This document shows, one piece after another, positions 55,947 through 64,000 of a stretch of DNA of 64,000 nucleotides. The notes beneath the pieces were generated by a model. That model was not told the DNA's origin. It searched no databases and was given only the letters and a program-made list of their open reading frames with translations. The translations under genes and the position numbers were made by a program. The stretch's first letter is position 1, and the number at the start of each line of letters is the position of its first letter. The stretch lies in the NCBI GenBank assembly GCA_964106645.2, contig OZ067047.1; one strand, 5' to 3'. The stretch is from Podarcis pityusensis. Its lineage: Eukaryota.

Positions 55947-58189
55947 CAAATGTGGCTTACAAAAATTTAAATGACAACTTTAAACAATAAAAGAATAACA
56001 ATGGATTTGGTAAGATCCCGAAAGAGGAGTCCTGCATTGCCAAAGGATTGGAAGTTGGGCAGATATTTCACAGAATCAGAGAGCTAGTTGTCAGTGTTCT
56101 GCTTCACACAAATTTGGCCTCACTATTGGAAGGGAAAGTAGCAGGCCGTGTAGGAAAGTATGGGCCAGATGGCTCTGGGGAGGGGCCCCTCCACCAGTTC
56201 AGTGTCAGAGGACAAAAATAAATTTGTAGCAGAGAGTTTAGGATGGGTTTTTTAATAGTCTGAAAAACAGTGGCAGTTTGTTAAACGCAGGGACAGAGGG
56301 CCATGGTTGATTTCTGCTGGCATCCAAAATTGTGGCCATGTGAGAAGCAAGAACCTCTTGGAGTGTTAACACTGTGAGCCCCTCCACCTTAGGCTCAGGT
56401 TGTGTATATATGCAAATAAACCGTATATCATAAAGGCACCACCATCTCCACTGTGCCTCATTTGCAAAAGGAAACACAGACCCTGGATAAGCAGGGGTGG
56501 AACTTCTGGAATTTTACACCGCTTGGAGATGGGGATAGTGTGCCACAAAAAAATTGCTTAATCATCAAAACTTCTAAGCAGTTTACATAAAGCAAGATAG
56601 CTTATTTATTAAAAGCACCAGCAATCTTACTAATAATTTGTTTCAAATGCATGGCCATTTATGCCAAGGGGAAGGCAAAAGGATATGCTATCGCAAAGAG
56701 TTGGGAATTTGAATGCAAAAGGAATAAATCTGTTTTGCTTTGAGATCAGGGTGGGAAAAGAATGAGATCATATTCAAACACATGTTCTGCAGCTTTACAG
56801 CTTAGTGAGGGATCCCATTTGTCATAATCAAAAGCAAATCTGCATAATTCATGGCCCAAAAGCAGATCACCAGCCACATACGGTAGCCTATTATTATTGC
56901 TCTGGGACTGCAAAAACATGGTCTATGCAGCATCTTACAGGCCACACAACATGACTTTGGGGATCAAATTTTTTGCAGACCTGGTTGCAATACAATAGAA
57001 TAGTAAGAGGCCTACATAGAATCCCCTCCATCAGAGGCCTACAGACAGAGAACTTGAGTTTGTCCTGCCAAAAGTGGAATGTGGCAGAGTCCAGAAGAGA
57101 GGATGGAGGAAGGCAGCTGCCTGCACTGAATATTTGGAAAGCGGAAGGTATAGTGTGGATCCCTGAACCCATCTGTCTGTGTTTCTATGGAGCCAGGGTT
57201 GATGGAGGTGGAGAGGGCCCCTTCGGTGGGCAGATTCCCAGGACCTCCCTTCCTAAGCACCAGGTGGATTGCCTTGCTCTTTGAATCTATAATGCACATT
57301 CCAAGTGACCCATTTATAAACGTGTCAATCAGGATAACTTTCTTGGCTCAGCCAAACGTAGACACTTTCACATGGAAATAATGCCACAGACATAATGTGT
57401 TATTTGTGCTGAAACTGGATTACACAAGCAGGGCACTCTGCCTGGCCTGATATTATTATATCAATAGGACATTCCTTTTCCTTCCAAAGCTTAAGATCTG
57501 TCAAGAAGCCTAACAACAGAGTTGCCAGCAGGCAGTCTGAGTGAAACTCTGATGGGTTTTATTGGAAAGGGCTGCAAATTGTGATTGGCCTGTTATACTA
57601 AAGTATCAGAGGAGCCACTCGGCCAAAAAAACAACCCTCACAATTCAAAACAACCCTCCGTAGCCTCAGAGATTTATTGTTCCATATGCCACTGTTTAAA
57701 AACAGCATCACATGGCTAGACATTCGCATCAGACTCCCTCTGAAAACAGTATAAAGGCTTCTGCTGATTTCAGTGAGCTGCCAATTAAAAATGTAAATGG
57801 TCTTTCCAATGGTCTCTTTGAAGAGCAGCTGTTTAGATTTCCATTTAAAGCTGACATTTGGCATCACTGCTTTCAAGGAGTCTATTAGCTGCAGCAGAAC
57901 AACGGCAATAGCCAGGGATGAACTTGTGCTAGTCTTGTGGGTCCCTCCTGCATATGTGGTTTATAGTCCCAGGGGTCAGGGGGGAAATCCAGAAGGTACT
58001 GAGGAAAAAAGAAAACACACATACTAATCTGCTGAAGCAACTTATTCATTGGCCATGACATCTGGCTTTAATCATCTCTGGAGTGAGGGATGGGAGAAAA
58101 GCACCCCTAAGCAGTATGCAGCTAATTCCCAATATTCTGGCATTCCTCATCCAAGTCAGTCAATCACAGTGCAGCCCTGTGCATGTTTA

Positions 58190-58539
58190 AAGGTAAAGGG
58201 ACCCCTGACCATTAGGTCCAGTCATGACCGACTCTGGGGTTGAGGCGCTCATCTCGCTTTACTGGCCGAGGGAGCCGGCATACAGCTTCCGGGTCATGTG
58301 GCCAGCATGACTAAGCTGCTTCTGGTGAACCAGAGCAGTGCATGGAAACGCTGTTTACCTTCCCACTGGAGCGGTACCTATTTATCTACTTGCACTTTGA
58401 CATGCTTTCAAACTGCTAGGTTGGCAGGAGCAGGGACCGAGCAATGGGAGCTCACGCCATCGCAGGGATTCAAACTGCTGACCTTCTGATCAGCAAGTCC
58501 TAGGCTCTGTGGTTTAACCCACAGCGCCACCCGCGTCCC
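58190..58539 (-). mobile_element. Sauria SINE, full length
   Basis: Same structure as 18402-18768; TSD CTGTGCATGTTTA at 58177-58189 and 58540-58552. Confidence 0.92.
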
Positions 58540-58817
58540 CTGTGCATGTTTACCTTGATATAAATCTATTCGATTTCTTACCACTACATTCAAAACAGTT
58601 CACACACAAAATTAATTCATTTATAATACACTATTATCCATAAATAAAACATCCCTACAAAAGACCATTCAAAACATGTTCATGATAAATATCTAATAAT
58701 TCTACATAAAAAAATAATTGCTAACAGAGGGAAAGCAAAGGCACCCTCTGGCCTACAAAGTGATAGCTTTTACACTTCTGCAAAAAGAGGCAGGTCCAGT
58801 CCTCAGTCCCATTTGGT

Positions 58818-59046
58818 CAGGGCTGTCTTACCCATAGGTGCTAGGGGTGTGGGGCACCCGGGCGCTGGGCTCTCAGGGGCGCCAGGCTGAGAGTCCAGGG
58901 CCTGAGAGTTGAGTCCGGGGAAGGGCCTGCCTGTCGGTCGGAGTGCTGCAACAGGCTCTTCTGCTGTGGGCGGCTCTGTGCCACGAGATTCGGGGCGACT
59001 GAGCCAGCGAGAGGCTGAGGCGCCGCATATGCTTAAGACAGCCCTG
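58818..59046. mobile_element. hAT-type MITE
   Basis: 13-bp perfect TIR CAGGGCTGTCTTA / TAAGACAGCCCTG; TSD CATTTGGT / CATTTAGT (1 mismatch). Confidence 0.82.
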
Positions 59047-61552
59047 CATTTAGTGCTGCAAGAAGAGGGTGAGGCAGCCTCTGGTCTAGATGTTAAATGG
59101 CAAAACCTCTGTGCTGGTGGCCATGGTTACTTTCCTGTGTGTGCCATTTAATGAGAAGTAAGATTTATCCTGTGACTGAGTCTGTATACATACTAACCCA
59201 TTTTTAGCACAAAGATGTAGTTTTTCTCAATCTGAAACTGTTCATGCTCCTTTCAACATGTTCCTTTCAACATGCTGCTTTCAATCTAGACTGATTCTAG
59301 ATCTTGCTGTCCACAGAAGTGGCGTGGCTACTTGCTCCAAGTTTGAAACCTCCCTTTGATTAGGCCATCCACACATTTTACTACCTGCATATGCCCCAGG
59401 TGAATGAAGTAGGAAATGACGCTTGCAGTCTTGGTGTACCCATCTGCAATGTCATTGGGCAGATGTGGATACACACACACACCTCATTGCTGGAACTGCC
59501 TACTTGTTTTCAAATAGGCACACTGTGCGGTAATGCAGAATTGATCTGCAGTGAGCTTTTATTTTGGGAATAAAACCAGTTTTCTCAAGAAACACTTTTC
59601 AGGGGCAAAAGATATGTGCGGATTTATTGATGATAAGCAAACTATTGCTATGATTAAGTATCCAGAAACACCCACACTTTTGTATGTCACTTGGGTGATA
59701 CAGAAAGAATGTTAGTAAACAAATGACTCCACAACCCGCTTTCATTGTCTTTTGAAGCTTACATTCTACTATGGCAATCCCAGGGTGAAGACAGTGGTCC
59801 TGACTGATGGCTCATTCACACAAACGCTGCGAGATCAGCTCCTGATTCAGCATGTCACTGCAAACCCATCATTTTTCCTCTCCCTCTCTGCAATAGCATG
59901 CTGAATGAAAATAAAAATTAGTAGTTTGCACACAAAAAGTGGAAAGGTCTTTGTAACATAATAATTAGTTCAATTTAAGGCTGTGGCATGCATTTACGCT
60001 GCCTATCAACTTGTGTATATCAGATATACAGAATGTAAGTTGGGATTTATTTATATTTACGAAAGCATAGAAAAAGTATGTGCAGTTGTGGGGAAGGAAT
60101 CAGTTTAATTAATAAAGTACACTTTCCCGTTGTGAACATTCTGGCATAATTGACCAAGTGAATATATGAACTTCATTCTTGATTAAAGAACATGCAATGA
60201 ATAGAAGGATCAACAAGGTGTTATTTCCATTTATATTTGCTATATTCAAGATGGGATTGAACAATGACAGAGTTTTCTAGTGGCATAAGCAAAGGATGAA
60301 ACATTTTCACTTGTAGAAGCGCTAAGAACATCACATTTAAATACCCATTTAAGAATTGATGTTGTCTCTTAAATTAAAAGACGTAAAACAGTCTCTAAAT
60401 TATGAGATTAACTGGAATGATCCTCTGAGCTGCTTGATCCAAAACTGTCTACTGTGGGAATCCTTATCCATCCCCGCCCCCCATTTGGTTTCATACTATA
60501 TGCAGGTATAGGATATTAAGTTAAATGAACAGTAGTATATGTCTTTAAAAATTATTATTTGATTCAAAGAAATAAGGCCCTAGAAAGGAAGAAAACTTAA
60601 GACTGTGTGTGTCTGTGTGTTGTTGTTTTTTAATGAATCGTCTGAAATTTAAATAGGCTTATACTTTTAAAGTATTGTAATCTCGATTGTAGGCAAAATC
60701 CTTAAAAACATTATTACGAGATGAGATCATGAAACATCTGGAGTTATATGAACTCAATACAGAATTGTCACCAGGATTTCAAATGGGATAAATTTAGCCT
60801 GAGAAAACTAGTGGAATAGTTAGGGTGAAGGCAGGGTGAAGAGATGGAGCTTGACATTTTGGGGAAAAAATGTAGGCCTGCTTCAGGCAGATTAGCTCTC
60901 CATTTGTATATCATGTCTAGCTAGAAAAACATGTGCACATAGGACAAACACACGTGTGTTTTGCATTTTTACATGCAGTGGGAGCCACCTCCCAGTTTCT
61001 CAAATTAAGTTCAAATGACATTCACGTTTAGCTCGATCGTTGTGCAGTCTAAAAAGAATCTTGAGTGGTAAAAAAGAGCTGCAACTCAGTGATGACTTGT
61101 TTAGCTGCCCACTATTGCACTGTCCTTCTCTGGTTCCTGTTTTGGAACAAGTCGTATGGCATGGGTCCAAGGACTCAGCAATCAAATCCCAGGGCTTTTT
61201 GCACCTTAAGTGCTGTGGTTCGTGTGACTAGGACATGTGGACATTGCAAAATCTGAGCATGCATGAGCAGCACCAGTTTCACAATAGGCTTATTTTGGAA
61301 ATGCTCAAATTCCCATGGAGTTCACTGGGGTTTAGACATACGGTATATAGGATTAGTTAATGGAGTCATTTTTTAAAAAAGAGTTCAAAAGAAACCTGTA
61401 GATCAGACTGTTGCAGAAGTATGTAAGAGCCATGTATTCCATCTTTCATGATACTGTCGCAGCAGGTGGAAAAAGAGGCTGAAACACATAAACTCCAAAT
61501 GAATGTGATGAATAACTATTCCCTAACATATATTCACTTCTGTGCATTCTTT

Positions 61553-61710
61553 AGGGACAAAGATTAAACCAGCTCAGTTGATTAGTGTGTGGTGCAGATA
61601 AAACCAAGGTTGCAGGTTCGATCCCTGTATAGGACAGATGCATATTCCTGCATTGCAGGGGGTTGGAATAGATGATCCTCAGGGTCCCTTCCAACTCTTT
61701 GAATCTACGA
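61553..61710 (+). mobile_element. tRNA-derived SINE with CR1-type 3' tail
   Basis: AGCTCAGTTGATTAG A box, GGTTCGATCCC B box, then GCAGGGGGTTGGAATAGATGATCCTCAGGGTCCCTTCCAACTC (CR1-like end). Confidence 0.65.
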
Positions 61711-63468
61711 AAGATGAAGAAGCACTTGGAACTGCAGAAGAGAATGTTTGCATAGACCAGCGCTAATAAGATAAACCAGGCATGGCAATGAGAACTTTTG
61801 TCCTCAGACATGCTTTACAGAACTGGGTTTATGAGTGAAGACAAAATACAGAACACAATCATATGTATCTCTAAGTACTACCCTTTTTGCCCTCTGATTG
61901 ACCTTCTAACTATCACTGTGGCACTATTCACAAGAGCTGACTTTGGAATACATGAAAACGCAGTATAATTGTTACACATTCCTAAGTAGCTAAATTTATT
62001 TGACTCTTGGATTCATGCCTTAGAGCACGAAGTAAAACATGTAATAATTGCTCTAAAAAGAATGGTTTGACATGCTTTAGTGTCTGCCTTGTTATTTAAT
62101 TGTTTTGTATTCAGTTGAGATAATTTCTCCCGCACAGCCTTTTTAACAGTTTGATGAAAGAGGAAAAAACCCAAAGGGCAGGAAGGGGTAAAGAGGGGTG
62201 AGTCGGATAAAAGCGTACACTATGCAGGCTAATGGAAAAAGAAACAGGGTTCAGTGAAAAATGGGGCAAATGCAACTCAAAATGCACTGGAAATAAACAG
62301 AGTTGGGGAGGAAGATATAAAAAAGGACAGTGCTAATTATGAGAGAATGGATGAATTAGAGTCACAGAAAATGAAGTTAATTAGAACTAAATATTTACTG
62401 TGAACTAAAGAAATACAAAAGCATGGGACTGCACCACCAACACCTTCTCTGATGCCATAGGTACTGACTAGCTGTTCCCTCCTGGCTATATAGCACAAAT
62501 GCCTGCAGGATGGGGGCTCTGCAACTGAGCTTACCATTGAAGTATTTTACTGTCACTGTAAATAAAGCTCAGGGGATGCAAATGTGCTGAGTAGGAAGAT
62601 TATACTTTTGACAACCTTTTTCTAATAGCTAAGTTCAAGAAATGTGGAAATAAATTAACACATAAAAGAGAGTGTCAGACAAATCCTGAAAGCTCCATAA
62701 ATCACTGTTGTTGCACCCCACCCCACCCCAATACTGAAGAATCAAAACCAAATCACTCCAGGGTAACTGTTCCAGCTGCCCCCTAGGTTATATCGTATCC
62801 TTACCCCACTAGCAAAATTGGCAAGGAACCAAGTAAGCTGTAGCCATAAGCGACAGCAAAGGAATTCTTAGCATTCTTCACTTAAAGTGTACATGCCAAT
62901 ATAAATTCTTTGTTTTGAGGAACAGCTTAAAATTACCAAATGACTATTTTGGTTAGCAAACTATATGCATTGGGTAATGAATAACAGAAGGTGTCTGTTA
63001 GGAGCAACAGTAGTAACATATTGTTTGCACATTTAAACCTAAAATGGCAGTACCAATTTGACATATCCCACCCCCCCAAATGATACGTGTTTTCAAGCAA
63101 AAACCCCTAATACATGTACCTATTATGTACCTATTCCAGTTATCACAAAGATCAACAATTGTTCAATAAAAGTAGTCTTTAAGTATAGAATAATGCAGTG
63201 TTCCAGGCTTTATGTATATTTATAATTTTAATCAGTGTTTCGTTTGAATCCCTGCATTTTGTTTTTATTTATTTAACAAAATGTATATTTTGTAGTGAGG
63301 TTGCTAAGTGGTTTGTAAGAAATGTTAAAATTATCAGTAAAACATTTTTAAAAAATTAAATTTAACAGCGAAAGAGATTAAAACATATCAATGGGTCTGG
63401 ATAGGTTTGCCTAAACAAAAATGTTTTAAGCAAGTGAAAAGAGTACAGCAAAAGCCTGATGTCACTAG

Positions 63469-63658
63469 CAGGGGTGCCAACTTGAATAAAATATTGTGGG
63501 GGCCCAGATAAGCCCCGCCCCGCATAACTGAACACATGACACAGTGCGCACACACCATTTGAATGGGAATGCCCATCAACTTTGTGGGGGCCTGGCCCCA
63601 TCAAATATTTTAATGTGGGAGCTGAAGCCCCCACAGCCCCTAGGAATTGGCTCCTATG
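63469..63658. mobile_element. hAT-type MITE
   Basis: 8-bp TSD GTCACTAG at 63461-63468 and 63659-63666; imperfect TIRs CAGGGGTGCCAA / TTGGCTCCTATG. Confidence 0.7.
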
Positions 63659-63969
63659 GTCACTAGGTAGGGAGTTCCAAGATGTATTTGCTGCCATATT
63701 GAAAGATCGATTTCTTACAACAGCAGAACAAGCATGTAGTACTCATAATTGTGCCAGTTCTACAGATCAAAGTGATTGAGTTGGCCAATATGCTGTAAGG
63801 CACATATATTTTTAAAAGAATTGTTAAAGACCTGTGAAAAATTATAACTTAACAATATATGCTACCTGAAATCCTAAATGTTTCATGATTCACACCTCCC
63901 TGAAGATAAGAAAACACATATCACTTTCTTTCAGGATGCAACCTAAAAGAAAAAAAACTGTTCTATGTA

Positions 63970-64000
63970 CCGTATTTTCCGCTCCATAAGACACACTTTT
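63970..64000. mobile_element. Left end of a Tc1/mariner-type element, truncated by the window
   Basis: TA-CCGTATTTTCCGCTCCATAAGAC, same TIR type as 42538-43503. Confidence 0.55.

Noticed and set aside
61553-61640. Possible tRNA gene (also near 19853 and 20822)
   Set aside because: A and B boxes are present but there is no complete cloverleaf, and the sequence continues into SINE body and tail.
48100-64000. Protein-coding exons (e.g. NTN4) in the right-hand 16 kb
   Set aside because: No ORF or splice-bounded segment resembles netrin-4 or any protein I recognise; conserved non-coding elements or lncRNA exons cannot be excluded without alignments.

Overview
Vertebrate nuclear genomic DNA from a squamate reptile. 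BovB LINE and Sauria SINE copies point to a lizard, probably a lacertid, though that species-level call is inference. The window holds the conserved gene block HAL(+) >< AMDHD1(-) <> CCDC38(+) >< SNRPF(-). It contains the last 14 coding segments of histidine ammonia-lyase, the complete imidazolonepropionase (9 exons, 432 aa), a complete CCDC38 model (15 coding exons, about 584 aa) and the complete Sm-F gene (4 exons, 86 aa). About 16 kb of non-coding DNA follows; by human synteny NTN4 would lie further right. I rebuilt all exons by hand from GT-AG boundaries with consistent phases. Most ORFs in the supplied track are spurious or exon read-throughs. Introns and intergenic DNA carry a young BovB fragment, two Sauria SINEs, other tRNA-derived SINEs, L2-like remnants and many TA-flanked (Tc1/mariner-type) and 8-bp-TSD (hAT-type) MITEs. 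I found no clearly new biological system. The best leads are a U12-type intron in HAL, an unexplained 113-bp duplication between CCDC38 and SNRPF introns, a MITE carrying an array of GC-rich hairpins, a 71-codon overlapping upstream ORF and possible 5' overlap at the AMDHD1/CCDC38 promoter, and a His-rich C-terminal tail on histidase.
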